From contig QPGO01000084.1 of the NCBI GenBank assembly GCA_008632985.1, positions 1 to 64,000 on the forward strand: a stretch of 64,000 bases of DNA. The letters are read 5' to 3'. Position 1 is the stretch's first letter, and each line of letters opens with the position of its first letter. A program made the position numbers and the translations under genes. The notes beneath the pieces are model-generated. The model saw nothing but the letters and a program-made list of their open reading frames with translations, did no database searches and was not told where the DNA came from. This DNA is from Psammoneis japonica (taxonomy: Eukaryota). This document shows positions 37,700-51,278 of this stretch, piece after piece.

Positions 37700-38055
37700 T
37701 CATAGAAAATCTGTGGCACAGATTTGGGGTTCAGATTTCTCACAGATTTTCAAGGGGTCCGCAGAAACAGTTGCAGATTTTTAAAAAGCACAGGTTTTCA
37801 ATTGTTTGGCTAAAACTGGGGCCAGTTTTTTCCAAAATTCACCAAATCATGCGATCTTTGAAGAACCCTTCTGCAGACCCGGCGCGGTGAAAGCAGGCCC
37901 GGTGCAGTCCATGCACACCCTGCGCACATCATTTGTGCCACTGAGGGGGGAAGACAGATGGGGTCAGATTCCAGATTTTCCGTTCTAAAATCTCACAGAT
38001 TTCATTTGGCCCCTCAAATGATCTTGCAGATTTTCAAATCAACACAGATTTTCTG
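37700..38055 (+). repeat. Cluster of about ten CAGATT(T) motifs, possible subterminal repeats of a DNA transposon
   Basis: cacagattt, ttcagattt and gcagatttt repeated in two groups around a GC-rich core at ~37876-37910. Confidence 0.5.
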
Positions 38056-41000
38056 TGATGATCAGGGTGCATGAGTTTTGCTTGTCAGCCTCTGCTGGTG
38101 TCTTGTGCCTTGTGCACATGCCTCCCATGTGGCATTGGCGGCTCACAGTTTACACAGCCAGAAGTGAACAACAGAAGGTTCTGCCTGTGCAGCAACTGTG
38201 GTGTGGTTGTTGTTCGCTGCCACTCTCCATTGGCACGGCTGCAGCTGGAATGCAGAAAAAGATGTCTGGGGCTTTTCAGCTGCCCTTGGGCGGGCACACC
38301 ACTTGTCTCCACTCTGTGGGCATTTTTGCACTCTGAAAACAAGTGCATTTTTGTTTGACATCACGTCTGACAACAGCAAGAGCATCAGTGTGTGAGACGT
38401 CAACAAGGCTTTTGGAAAGCTCTGGCAAAGGTGCTGCCACAGAAGGGCAGAGAGCTGCGCTGCCTCTAGTTTTTTTTGTCAAATTATTTCAAACTTTTTG
38501 CTGTGGCCCTGTGCTCCTTTTTCTGCCTTGGGGTGTGCTTTGGAGTGGCGCGCGCTTTTGTCATTGTGCTTGCCCTTTTTCCAAAGCACTGCCTGGCCAT
38601 TTCTTTGTTCTGTTGTCAGGCCTCTGAAAGGTCTCTCCAGCACCTTGCTTGGCAAAGCATGTGTGCTCTTTTCTTGTTGGTAAAGGTCACAGACTTTTGA
38701 AAAAAAAAATTGGTTGTGCCTTTTTGTTTGGGAAGAGTTGGAGGAAAAAAACAAAGCAAAGCACTCAGCACAAATCAGCACGCACACCATGATCATCAGC
38801 CAAGCAGCAATGGCAGCCAGAGCATTTTTTGGCACATCATTTTTGCTGCATCTGTGGCCACAAAAGGAGCAGCAAAATCTGGGTGATTGGTCATGTGATT
38901 TTGCTTTGTGTCATCTTTGCTGCAACAACTGTGTGCTGCATCACTTTGACAACAATGCTTTTGTGCATCTGCGCCCCAAGTGACCAGCTGAGCATGTCTT
39001 GACAAAAGCTGTGTTGAAGCCCATGCTCCACAATGAGTTGCAAAATTTTCCATGCACTCTGCAAATTGTTGAGGCTGGGCTCCATTTCTCCTTCCCAGCT
39101 GTGCGCACAATCTTTGAATGCCTGCCTCACTTTTTTCAGCTCATTTGCTGCTGACTTGATGCCTGGTGCACCATTTCAGCAAGTGCAAGTGACTCACACC
39201 AACAAAGTCCCATGACCACAAAATGGCTTTAAACAACATAAAAGGGAACTGTGTTTTCCTTTTGCTGCCAACTTGCTTTGCCCCTCCCCCCACTGATGAG
39301 CCAAAGAGAGACTTTGCTCATCTTGTCATTGTCTCTGAGTGCTGTTCTCATTCCTCATTGTGCAAGCTCTAAGAAGCTGGGGCACTCATTGTGATTGTTG
39401 ACATTGCCAGTGAGAAAAACAGCAGGCAAATTTTGTTCTTCCTGGCAGCCAGCAACACATGTGAGATTCCAAAACTTCACAACTGCCCCCACTTGGTGCA
39501 AAGGGGGGTGGCAGCATTGTCAGCTTGGACAAACCAAAAGAGCATCAAGAGCCAAGCAGGTTGTCCACATCAAGACATTGTTGAGCATCAAATTTGATTT
39601 CGGTTGATCACAAAAAATGCCAGGCTTTTCAGATCTCACTTCATGTCACTCTTTGTTGTGCACCTGAAGTGGTGCAAGATGAACCATGGCCACAACAGCA
39701 ATGCAGCCTGGCCTTGCAACAGCAATGCTTGGGCCTTCTGTCCAAACCAAGCATGTCAGTCTCAGTGACATTGAGCTTCAAGCCATCATAAAAGCTCTTG
39801 AAATGAGGAAATGCAGGAACAAAAAGATTGGACAGCATCTCAAAAGAACAGGGAAAATCAAGTGTGTCAACATGACAGATCTTTGCATTTGTGCCTGTTT
39901 GGGTTGGTCATGAAAGAAGTGCCTTGGCTGGCAAGCAGCAACTCCAGCCAATCAAAATGATGCTTTCTTTTGGGGCTCTCAAACTTGGAACTGAGTGAAA
40001 AGTTGAGCCTGTGCATCAGCGGGGCAGAGTTGTGACCCATCTCACAATTTTTGGAGATTTTTTTCATGTGTTGCTTCCAGTCCAAGTTGGGGCTGTGTGT
40101 GACATTGGCCCTGCAGAATTTTGTGCACAAGCTCAGCAGCAAAATCACAAACAAGGCAACAAATAATGTGCAAATGATTGCCAATGGAAAAAGAGGCAAT
40201 TTTGCTGCTGTGAGCCTTTTCCTCCTCAACACTTGCTGTGCATCATTTTCATTTTACCTGGGCATGCTCTTCAGACATTAAAGAACATGCCCAGCCTGTT
40301 TTTGTTCTCACAAATGAAGAAAAAATGAAAAGCCTTTGGCTTTGCAAAACAGGGAGAGTGTGAATTTCATAAGATCACACATGGAAATGCATGTGCGCTG
40401 CACACAGAGCACACTCAAAAGCTTTCATGTCACAGCACAGCAGTGTGAGGTCCCTCACCCAGAGCTGGAGTGCATCTTTGTCCCAATCTTGACATTAACG
40501 GGTTAGTTTGTCACATGTGGTTTGGACACAACATGATGGTCTGCACACATGTTTTGCCAGAGCAAGTTGTGAATTTTTCAATGATGCTTCAATGGCATCA
40601 CTGAAGAGAGCAAATGGAGATCATCAGCTTGAGTTTTTTTTTAAAATGTGCAGTCAGCTGTGCTGCCTGTCACAAGTTCAAGTCACAGATTTTGCAGCAG
40701 GGCAGCAATTGCAAGAAGCCCTGGCACACAGCTCAGACACCACTGAAGCTGGCAACACCACCAAGAGCAGCCACAGCTCTACAAAAAATGGCCCAAAGAC
40801 ATGGCAGCAGACATTTTTAGACTGCAGTCATCTGTGCAGCCTGTCAGCCACCACACACACTTGTCAACAAAAACTGGGCAGCTGGACAATGCTGCCGGCT
40901 GAGCAAACAGCTGTTTCTTTGTGAAAGCTTCTGGGCTGGCTTTCTGCTGTCTCAATGAGTGTGTCTTGTGTCTCAAGCAGCAGAGCAGCACATGCCTGCT

Positions 41001-42699
41001 TGGCTGAGCAGCCAGCTGCTGCACCACTCTTTTTTGCAACAAACTTTGCAGCAAAAAACACTCCAAGGCTCTCTGGCCCAGCTTTGGTTGGAAAGAAGAG
41101 CTGACAACACATGTGAAAGGAACAGCAGACAGAGGTTCTGCATGTGGTTGAAAAATTTGGTTCAAAAATTGTTGCCTGTTTCCATGACTTGCAAAGTGGC
41201 ACATTTTCAACTTGTGCCCAGCTCTCACAGGATGGCTCCTTGGCTGTGCATGTCTGCTTTGGGGGTCTCTCATCACACCATGTGTGCTTGCTTGCACACC
41301 ACCAGTGTGGGTGATGGTCAGGTGTGCTGTTGCCCTTTTGTGCACACATGGTGCTGAGCCAAAAAAGTGCAACAACATGCCACCAACACACTCCAGCTCC
41401 AGGTGTGATCTTGCACTGCTGAGCTGCAAAACTGATGTTTTTATTGCCCATTTCTGACAATGTCAGTTGGCCTGTTGTGCTCTTTGATGTCTGAAGAATG
41501 TGGCCAAGGGCAAGAAAGAAACTGCACACGTCAAAAATGGGGGGGGCATGATCACAAAGCTGCCCCTTTTTCTGCAGGTGATGATCAATTTTTTCATCAT
41601 CCAACACAGCATTGCAAGTCAAAGCGCAACATGTCCTGAAAAGTCTCTTGAGAGCAGAGGGCCTTGGCTGGTGGTCTTTTCCATGATTGTCATTTGGCTG
41701 GCCATCAAAAGGGGTGTGACTCACACCGCTGTCAGAGACAGACAGGCAGCTGCAAGCATGCTTTGTTCTGGGCCATGTGGTGTCACAGAGAGTTGTTGTC
41801 AAGAGGTCATGCAGCGCTTCTTTCCTTTGCCCCTGTGTTGTGAGTTGAAAACGCTTGATGTTGGAAGAAGGAAGATTTTCCAATTTGAAAGTTACAAGGA
41901 CAAGTGGCACTGATCAAAAAGTGCAGCAGCATTGCTTTTGTTTTTGTTTTGTTGGTTGGGGAGAACTGTCCAGTGTGCCCGCCCATGAGAAGTTTGTGAG
42001 CAATGTCATCCAGCAGCACAGGGGAACAGCAGATGTGAAGCAGGGGCGGAACTGAGTCATGTCGGCAGTTGGGGCTGTGCTTTGGTGGAGCAGCGAGCAA
42101 GTTGGTCAGCCAAGGGCATGGCAATCTCAAAGCTGAGGCTCTGCAGGCCCCAGCAAGGTGGTGGAGTGGCAGTGTGGTGAGGAGTGAGACCAAAGCAGGC
42201 GGCAGAGGCAGCTCACCTTGCAGCCAGTGGTGGCTCTGCAGGTCTGCAGGGAAGATTGCAGAAGACAACATGCCAACAGCTGGGCACAGATGCAGACAGC
42301 ATGAGCAGCTGGGTGTTAAAAACAAGACTTGTTGCCCACTGAGGAGGTGGATGGAGTGGTGGGATTTGAAGCGGCACAACACAGGTTGCAGTGATCAATC
42401 TCCGCAGGCACCCATGGTGCACACTTTTGTTCTTCATTCATGTTGCCCATCTTCAACCTGTGTGAGTGCTGTTTGAAGCCATTTGACCATCATGTTGGAT
42501 GCTGGCCAATTGCTTTGCTCACTCTTTTCCAGCCAGCAGGAGCAGCAGCCAGCCCTGGCTGCATCAGCTGCAGTGTCAGCAGATCAGTGTGTGGAGAGCA
42601 CCTGTCAGCTGGCACATTGCTTTGTGACAGTTTTCTCTTTTGGGGTTGACTGCTCTCAAAATGACCAAATTTACAAGTGGTCTTTGTGCACAAAATTGC

Positions 42700-43900
42700 A
42701 CCCAATGACTTTCAAAGGCCATGGGACATGAGTTCCTTCATGCAAATGCATTGGACAGGTTGAGTTTGGAGTTGCTCCAGTCATTTTTTGGTTGGAAAAT
42801 GATTGACTCCTGGCCACAGTTGATTGGCTGTTTTTTATTTTGAGGTCATTGATGTTGAATGTTAAACAACAAACAAATGCCCATTGTTTTGTCATGTGAT
42901 TGTTCACCTGAATCTGAACATGATGCACAAACTGTTGTCCACTGAGAATGATCTGCATGATCTGGTTTCTTCTTGGTGGGTTTTAGAGCTTGTGCTTTTT
43001 TGTTGGCATGCATGAAACAACTCCTCAACTCTCTTGATGATGCATGCCCAGATTTCTGTCGTGTGGTTGAAACTTGATGTTTGCAAGAATGACAATCCTC
43101 GTGCGTGCTGCTGTTTTGCATGGTCATCTGCAGCAGGAACCTGAGAACCTTCTTGGAGCCCTCTTGCACACCTGAAATGACAAAGGAGCTCTCACTCTCA
43201 ATGCCAATGACGTGCCCTTGTTTGTTTTCCTGCCATCAAACTTCTTCCTCAGATGAGTGCCCTTTCTTGTTTTGTCTCTGGACAGAACCACACAAACCCA
43301 ATTGTCTTTGCAGACAAAGTTGTTGACAACCAGGCACACTGAGTGCCCTCCTTTGATTTTTTGTGAGTGCTGCCAGCAGAAAATGAAGATGCACACTGGT
43401 TGATTTGTGCCATGCCAGCCATTGCCAGCTCTGCTTTGTTCAGGTCTTGCAACACTTTGGGGCTTTTTCCCTTGCCAATCCCAAACACATTTCACTTTTT
43501 GGTGGCTTGTTTGAATCTTTCTTCACTTGGTTCAACCCTTTGGAAGATGAGCTGCAGCAACCAAGAGCTTCTTCATTCCCTTTCTTTGTTGCATGGGATT
43601 TTGGAGAAAGAGAAGTGAGCTGGACAGGAAATGAAATCTTCTGACTCTTGACAATGAGAAGTGCAGTGGCAGGATGAGCTGTGTGAGAGCAGCAACAACA
43701 TTTTCCAAGTTCACTTTAAAAATGTTTTCAGATCTTTCAGTGTTGCACTTCATTCTTTCTCGTGGTCAATCATCAGGTGGTTGCACACCAAGCACACTCA
43801 AGCAAAGTGTTTGTTGCCTTCCTTGTGGGCAAGATGGTCTGATGTGGCTTTTGAGCTTCTGTCTGCTGCTTCAGCAATTCTGGTGTCAGTGACAAGCATG
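42700..43900 (-). mobile_element. Possible Helitron-associated (DUF6570-like) coding relic
   Basis: Fragments VCLVCNH, IGK..PKVLQDLNKAELAM, SFSAG..HK/KIKGGH and VCVVL resemble the region upstream of Helitron Rep. Heavily decayed. Confidence 0.3.
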
Positions 43901-45089
43901 GAGACAGCCAGGACAAGCATGTTGTTGTCAGTTTTTGAGCACTCATCTTTCAAGAAGATTGTGTTGTGTCATGTCAAGAGCAAATGATCAAAGGTGCAGT
44001 GCAAGAAATGTGGAGAGGTTGGATGCAAATTTGATTGACGTGCACACATTCATTGGAGATGACACAAAACCAACTTTGGCTGGACAGTGAGGGAAAGTCA
44101 AAAAATGTCATTTTTCATTTTGTCCAATCAAATTCTTGCTGTCTCACTTTGTTTCTGGTTGTTTGTTGACAAACATCAATGCCCAGCAATGCACAAGACT
44201 CTTGACATCACTCTGACATCATCAGTGCATTTCTCCAGCAAGGGGTTTTCTGAAATTGTGTCGTTGTTGACACTTGTCAATGACTGGCTCAAATGCCCAC
44301 AAAACATTTTCAAAAATTTGAAAAACAAACCAGTGTGAAAGGCAAAGACATCATGAGGAACAAGAGCCGTGTGCTTTCATTTTGCTCTGTCAGACTGTCT
44401 CACAACTTTTTTTTTGTCACCAACATCATGATTTTTGCAGTGGGGGTGCATTCAGTTCTCGTTTCCTTGCCACCATCACTGCTCTTGACAAAGAAGGGAA
44501 CAAGAACAAGACTGCCACACAAAGAAACCAAGCCCCCTGAGAAGAAAACAGAAGGAAAGGCAGACTCCATGTCCGAGAAAAAGAAGCCTTCTCTTTGCTT
44601 TCAAATGGCTGGCACTTCAGTGGATGACAAGAGTCAGTCAGCACTCATCTGGTTGTGATGAATGGAAACATGGCCAAGCCACATTTTTTTCAACTTGTTC
44701 ATCATTTCATCAAGAACTGGGTGACAGATCACAAGGACAACAAGTGGTGCAAGAAAAAGCACCTTGTTGATGATGATGAAACATGCGATGTTCTTCATTC
44801 TCCACTCATCATGCCGGATCATCATTTGTGAACTGCAGGTGCCATTGTCAAGTGGACAAAGTGGATGTTGTGCAGCCAATGTGCAGTTGCACAAGCAAGG
44901 GGTGGTTGTCACGTGCAGTTTTTGCAGGCTGTGCGCACAAAATTTGAATTGATTTTGGCACCGTGCCAAGCACGATGGTGGTTTTTGTTGTCTTCCAGTG
45001 GGCAAGACATTGATGGTCTCTGTGGGTGACAGGTTGGTGTGCTGTCCGGATGGGTGGGGATTGATTGACTGAGCAGGGGTTCTTCAGTG

Positions 45090-46355
45090 TCTGTGAGAAG
45101 GGACAGACCTGCACCATCTTCCCACTGGGGTCATCTGGAGCTGATCTGAGATGAGGGAATGCTGGATCCCCTGAGGCAACAGTGAGCCACCCAAGCTGTG
45201 GTGATGCTCATTCTCACATTGACACAACCACATGCTTCAGAGTGTGGCTTTTGTCACTTGTTTGACAGCTTTGACGCTGTCTTGCACAGCATCACCTTGG
45301 CTTCCTTGCCAAGTGGTCCATTGCATGACACAACAAAGGGCATGAAATGATGGTGCTGATCAAGACAGGGCTTGAGGCACTTGTTCTTTTTCTCACATTT
45401 GTTTCTTGCTGGGACTTCTTCTGGTGTTTTGGACAGGTGTGACTTCGCATCCGTGTCAGGGATTCAAACATCCATCACCATGTCTGTCATTTTCCATTCC
45501 AAAATCTCACGCCAAGAAGGTCTCCATGATTGCTGTCACTGGACTTGTTGGAGTTGGCATTTCCTGGGGAACTGTCAGACAAGATGCTTGGGCTTCCCGA
45601 GATGGCACAACCAGTGGGGTTAATTTGAGGTTCGTTGCATGCGCAGGAAGGTTTGCAAGCCTTGCCAATTTGGTCACCCAGGTTGTCATGTGCTTCGTCA
45701 TGTCATGAGATGACTGGGCCACCTTTCTTGCACTTGAGGGTGTGGTCAACAGAGAATTTGCATTCACATCCATCACAGCACTCCGGGAGGTCTGGCAGAG
45801 TGCTGCCACACTGCAAGAAGAGCGCATCACGGAACTCTTGGCATGAGAGTTCTGTGCCGCTCAGCATCGAAGGGCATGCTGACAGCCGTGTGCTGGTCTT
45901 GGTGCTGCACTTGACAGCTCTGGCCTGAATGTTGGGCAGGGCATCCTGAGGATCATTCTGAGGATCTCCCCATGTGCTTTGACTTTTTGATTGGCTGCTT
46001 CTTGTTTCACTTTGCATGTGGTGTCCACGTTTGTCAATCACGTGGGAGCACGTAAGAGTGCTTGCTTCACAGTTGTGAGCCATGGGCTCTGTTGGACGAG
46101 TGATGGGCAGTCCCAAAAATTTGATTGGGAGGATGGACACGGCCAGTCTCGGGTCATTTTTTGGCAAGCAGGGTCTCACAGGGTCTCACCGATCAGCGCC
46201 GGCAGAAAATTGTGCTGCATCGCATGCTCCATGTCGGCAAAGAATTTGCCACAGTCCTTTGCTGCACGCTGGACACATTGCCGCTGGTGTTGTGGGGACT
46301 TCTGTAGACCGGCGCAGGCGGTCTGAGGGTGGTGAATCGCGATCTTGGCGAGTCC
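45090..46355 (-). mobile_element. 5'-truncated CRE-like (restriction-like endonuclease) non-LTR retrotransposon, copy 1
   Basis: HPQTACAGLQKS, LPIKFLGL, EFRDAL...CDGC..FSVDHTLKCKKGG, DV*IPDTDAKS, KKNKCLKPCL...FMPFVVS..GKEAK, PQWEDGAGL. Confidence 0.85.
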
Positions 46356-46723
46356 CTGTCAAGTTGGAGAGGCGCACGAAGATGACGATGAGACAAAGTC
46401 TTGGTTTGCCGCAGATCTCTACGAGACTGACATGTAACATCCACTTTTCTAACACGTGCAACAATGTCATGACTGTCAGTTTGATTGTTTTCTTTTATTT
46501 TTATAGTAAAATTTTAAAAGACAACGACACACAGCCGTTCAAACAAGAACTGTGTAGAATCACCGATGTTACCTCGCCACTTTTTAGGCTGTCAACGGGA
46601 AAGCACCGACCTTCTCTTTCTGCCCGCTCAGAGTACGGTACCGAAAGTACGCGGCACTCATAACATCTCAGGAATAAAAACACGACGTGCTTTTAGTTGA
46701 GCATTACGTCGTGCGTACTGCAC

Positions 46724-49127
46724 ATGGTGCTGCGACACCGTCTTATCCTTGTCATCCACGTTGTGGTGACGGTAGTAGCAAGACAAAGTCCTTGCCATCC
46801 TAAAACATTAAGGAACAAGATGGCTTGTGCTTTAAAGAGATGGCTTGTGCTTTAAAGTAGAAATACCAACAGGCTTTTGTTCGGCCTGTAGAATTGGCGA
46901 GTTCGAGCAGAATGGCGACTTGACGGACTGCGTCCGTGCGTCAGGACTCGAGATTCGTGATGTAAATGATCAGTTTGTACCAAACCCTCAGTGTCTTGAT
47001 GCTCTCGCTACCTATGTGTCAATCAATGCCTGTGACGAGCTCCGAGCTGCAGCTCTCAATAATTACCTTTCGGATGTCGACAAAGAGAACGCCAGAATGA
47101 CTCTCGACTTCTTTGCATCTGCCATATGTGAATCAGCATGCGATTGCGTTCCTCTCCATGGTGCGGACCGAGACAAGCCTTCCTACAGCCTGGAGCGTGG
47201 AAACTGCCAGGCCCACGTCTTTTACGACATCTGCAATGTCTTGCCCCATGTCGAGCTTATCTATCGTGAGAGAACTCCCCACAATGTAAGCCTTCCTCAA
47301 GCCTGTCCCTTGCTTACAGACTGGTTCAACGGCCTTGAAAGTGAGTGGCATGGTAGAAACGTTAGCGTCGGAGATGATGTTGCATATTTTCTCGAGAGAC
47401 TCATCGATGCCACCGGGGTTACTCGGGACTTGAGCTTCTGGAAAACTTGCTTTGATTTTGAGCATGCCCAGGGTTTTACCAAGGACGAAGTCACGTCGTA
47501 TCCAGGAGGGGCTCCGGCAATTCCTACACTAGTTCCATCCGTGGAGAGCATTACTAGATTGATGTTGGTCAATGCAGACACCAACACCGACATTGGCGTT
47601 TTGAATGATGGCGACACTATTGTCATTGGCGTCACTTAGCAACTCATGGCCCAATGTGAATGTACGTGCCGATGTGACACCGTCGTTACCTCCTAATGAA
47701 TGCAACAGACTGGTTGGGAGTGTTGTCTTCACAGTTAACGGAACAGTTTTCAGGACCGAGAATGCTTGCCCTATGCATTGGCGGGAAATTCTGGCCCAGA
47801 TTACACATCTTGGAGTCCCGTTCAAGGTGTCTACAAGATCAAGGCTACACCGTATTCAGGTTCATCTGGGACGGGAAGTGTAGGCAATTCCTTGAGTGTG
47901 ACCATTACCATTATCAAGGAGACGAATCAGGCCCGAGATCCATCTTCTATATCTGAGGGACTCTGGGTTGAGATCGATGCCAACGCTCAAATTGACAAAC
48001 GCCATGAAGCGTGCTTTGTGATGGTTGACAACATCGTTGTTGGAAGGAAGGCGTATCTGGTCGGTGGTAGGGGCCTCAAGGATCTCGATATTTTCGATCC
48101 AGTAACACGCTCCTGGACCACAGGCAAGCGACCGCCAATTGAAATTCACCACATGCATTGTGTCGAAGCGCGAGGATTGCTTTGGGTCATGAGTGCGTGG
48201 ACGGGATCCTTCCCCAGAGAGAAATATGCCGCAAGTGTCTACGTATATGATCCAGCCGCCGATAGTTGGAACGAGAGGACAGCAATGCCGGTGGAGAGGA
48301 GGCGCAGCTGCAGTTGCCGTGTCAGAAGACCAAGCAAAAATATACGTGGCACAAGGAAATAGCGGAGGACATGAAGTACCTGGTGACGGCGTAGTTCCCG
48401 TACAGAGAGGATATCTTGACGAATACGACATAAGTCATGATTCTTGGACGGAAATATCTAGCAATGCTCCAAATCCTCGTGATCATACTTGTAAGTGCAC
48501 GCAGTGTGGAGGAGCAACAGCTCCACAACTTCTTCAACGACATCTTACCCTTCCTTCATACTTTGTTCGCCTTTCTCCAAAAAAAAAAAAACGATAGGCG
48601 GAGGAATGATCAAGGGAAAACTTTGTGTGGCTTCTGGTCAAGATGGTAGTGTTCCTGGCTGGCCAGTGGTGGCCCAAACCGATTGCTACAATTTCAAAAC
48701 TAAAGAATGGGAAGTCAAAGCCAGCATCCCACAACCGCGCTCCGGGGCATCTTGTGGAACAACCTGCGATGGCAAACTAATTGTAGCTGGAGGAGAAGGA
48801 AGTGGCAAAGCATGGACCGACGTCTCTATATTTGACGGTGAGAGTTGGACAGCGCTTGCCGAACTAAATGTGGGTCGACACGGAAGCGGGCTAGCTGTGG
48901 ACTGTGTCTGCAACCAGATTATTATTGCGAGCGGGTAAGTCACGATGTTTTCATTCACACGACATATGCACCATTCTATGCTCAACGGCATCAAGCTTAC
49001 AATGGTACCTATTCATTTGGCTTGCTCTGCAATCTTCAGATCTGCTGGTCAGGGTGGAGGTCCTGAAGTGCAAAGCGTGGAAGTTTTCTTTCCCGATGGT
49101 GTGCAAGAAGAATGTGTGGTAAAGTAG
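46724..49127 (+). pseudogene. Secreted protein: Cys-rich domain + NADTN domain + Kelch repeats; frameshifted, introns ~48491-48596 and ~48935-49039
   Basis: Signal peptide; LMLVNADTN...PYALAG...ATPYSG; RHEACFVMV, YLVGGRG, EIHH, GRHGSGLAV. Frame breaks near 46840, 47637, 47766 and 48300. Confidence 0.75.
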
Positions 49128-49199
49128 CCTGATACAGAAGAATATCCTCCCTAAGGCTCGCCTGAGGTAGAGTCTGTAGGGGAGCGAGGTCATTGGGGA

Positions 49200-50589
49200 G
49201 AGGTGGTTAACTTCACCATCATCCCATTCCACGTCACGACGTTACCTGACGGGATTGTAGTTTTGCCCACGGCGCGTCGACAGAGGGAAAATAGTTTTGC
49301 AGCGAGGGTCATTATGAAGCCTGGTACACCGACTCTGGTGATCATGGCCTTGGAGAGAACCATGCCCGGTATTTGTACGGTACACATATGAGAGCAATGT
49401 CAATATCTTCTGCGCGCCGCTGTCGATAGATTTAGCAATTGGAACATTTTGATTCTTGGTGGCGTAGCGAGTGCAGCAAACAGATCTGGAGAAGAAGTGA
49501 AAACAATCAGGTCGCATGGTCACAACGACGTTTTAGAGTTCACTGTTGGCACCCGCGAGATTCGCAGGGACAGGCGAGGAAACATGACCTATCAGCCTTC
49601 CAGATGAAAGCTTTTTGCGGGGGGCACGTCATGCCAAAAGTTGCAACGATTCCTGAACTCTGGAACCCTGTACATGGTTTGCGAGCTTAAGCAGGAGCAG
49701 CAATACTTCCCATGAGCAAAACGGAGGCCGAGCAAGAGAACTTAGAGGATGCTTGGTGGTATCCTCACGTTTCTGAAGCAGAGATTCTTGTCATGATTGC
49801 GGACGAATATGACGACGAGATTTATGTCGTATGGGAGTGCAAGGCGATGGATTGATTGAAAAGGTGGGAACCAGACCTTTCAAGGGCCACAAGCTGGCTC
49901 CTTCCATTATGTACGACGTGGATAAAGTCACAGTGATGGATGCCGAAGATGGAAGGATATGGTCGTGGAATATTACCGATGCCTCCAATTCTACTTACGC
50001 GCCGAAAACGCCTCTATTAGCGCTGTCATGATGATGCTACCAGATGGTCGAGTCATGATCAATGGTGGTTCCGGAGTTTGGGACGGCCAAGATATAGGTT
50101 CTAACGAATATGCCTTTCATCGCAATGTGAAATATGTTGAAATATGGGATCGTGTTGCGAACACCGTGGTTAAGGGTCCAGAGCAAGATATACCGCGCCT
50201 TCACCATTCTTCTGGGCTCATTATGCCCGACGGGTCGTTTTTTTCGGCAGGTCCGGCCGGCACCCAGGAGTTCTTACCTCACCAAATGGCCAGGTCTAAA
50301 TCTTACGTCTGACATGAGTATTTCAATTACTGGTAGCGGTGATCCAATGGGTGTTGAGAAGGTAACGGCCACCAATCCTGGTTCCATGACGCATGCCCGT
50401 AATGGCGACGCTCGGTGGCTCTATCTTGCATCTTGCCTCCATGCTGCAAAAGGAACGGCGATCACCATTTCCTTGTCAGATCAGCACATAGCAGCACCTG
50501 GTGTATGGTACCTCAATGTCATCGATAAGCAAGGAGTGCCATCCCTTGCAAGTCTCTTCATGTTGCGCAAGCCAGAACAAGAAAGTTAA
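49200..50589 (+). pseudogene. Galactose/glyoxal oxidase-like (AA5) relic with DUF1929-type C-terminus
   Basis: TLPDG, PELWNP, WYPH, MLPDGRVMINGG, RLHHS..IMPDG..FSAG, GSMTH, APGVWYL..GVPS; many deletions. Confidence 0.75.
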
Positions 50590-50744
50590 ACTGCGTTCGG
50601 TAGGCCCTGGCCCTAACAGAGAGCTTCAATCAGTGGCAAAAATGCGCAGAAAATAGACCAAATAGTCAATCCCACTCGAATTTTGGAGAATCAAAAAAAA
50701 TAGCCAACTTCCAATTTGAACTAATAGGGCTAGAGGGAGGGGCC

Positions 50745-50812
50745 TCTACTCTACTGTAGCTAGAAGTACGGTAGCTAGCTACTGTTTGGATATAGTAGAG
50801 AGTAGCTACTGG
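50745..50812. repeat. Low-complexity TAG/CTA/AG tract
   Basis: ctctactctactgtagctagaagtacggtagctagctactg...agtagagagtagctactgg. Confidence 0.6.
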
Positions 50813-51278
50813 AAAGCCAACGCAACGCAAAACATCTCATGGCAGCGCACAACCAAAGAACGAAGGGAGCAGGCAGGACGGGCAGGAGACGTCCTCTACT
50901 CTGTGATGAAGTCTGAGTAATTATTCATCCATGTATAAGTCAAATGACATTTTGAAAGATTTCTCCACTTCCGATTGGTTCGTTGTGACGCGATAGTTGA
51001 AGCAAGAAGTCTCAAAGCGCGACCTGCCTGTTGCAAAAGCGGCTTGCCGAAGACATCACAATGTTGTGGCAAAGACACAGCAAAACAAGACGAGCTACAT
51101 TGAACATCATTAATCGTTAGAAAAGCCAGCGATTTGCTTTCAGCAATCACAGCTCTATCAGAACCAAATAATCAAATCTGTCCATTAGCCTTCATCAATG
51201 GTAGAGTCTGCCAGCACTGTGACAAGCCAATTTACAAATCATCCAATATCATCAGCTCGTGGATCTTTAGTCATCAGC

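Larger units (their letters stand above)
31520..46300. other. TpA-depleted domain III (~15 kb; nested relics and decayed genes)
   Basis: TA is nearly absent except for a partial island at ~36.6-36.96 kb. CpG is retained at both edges and in ~33.9-37.7 kb, and depleted in ~38-45.7 kb. Confidence 0.9.

Noticed and set aside
31520..46300. Classical RIP or plain 5mC deamination as the explanation
   Set aside because: RIP raises TpA, and CpG decay cannot remove TpA or convert Tyr to Cys/His. TA is lost even where CpG is retained.
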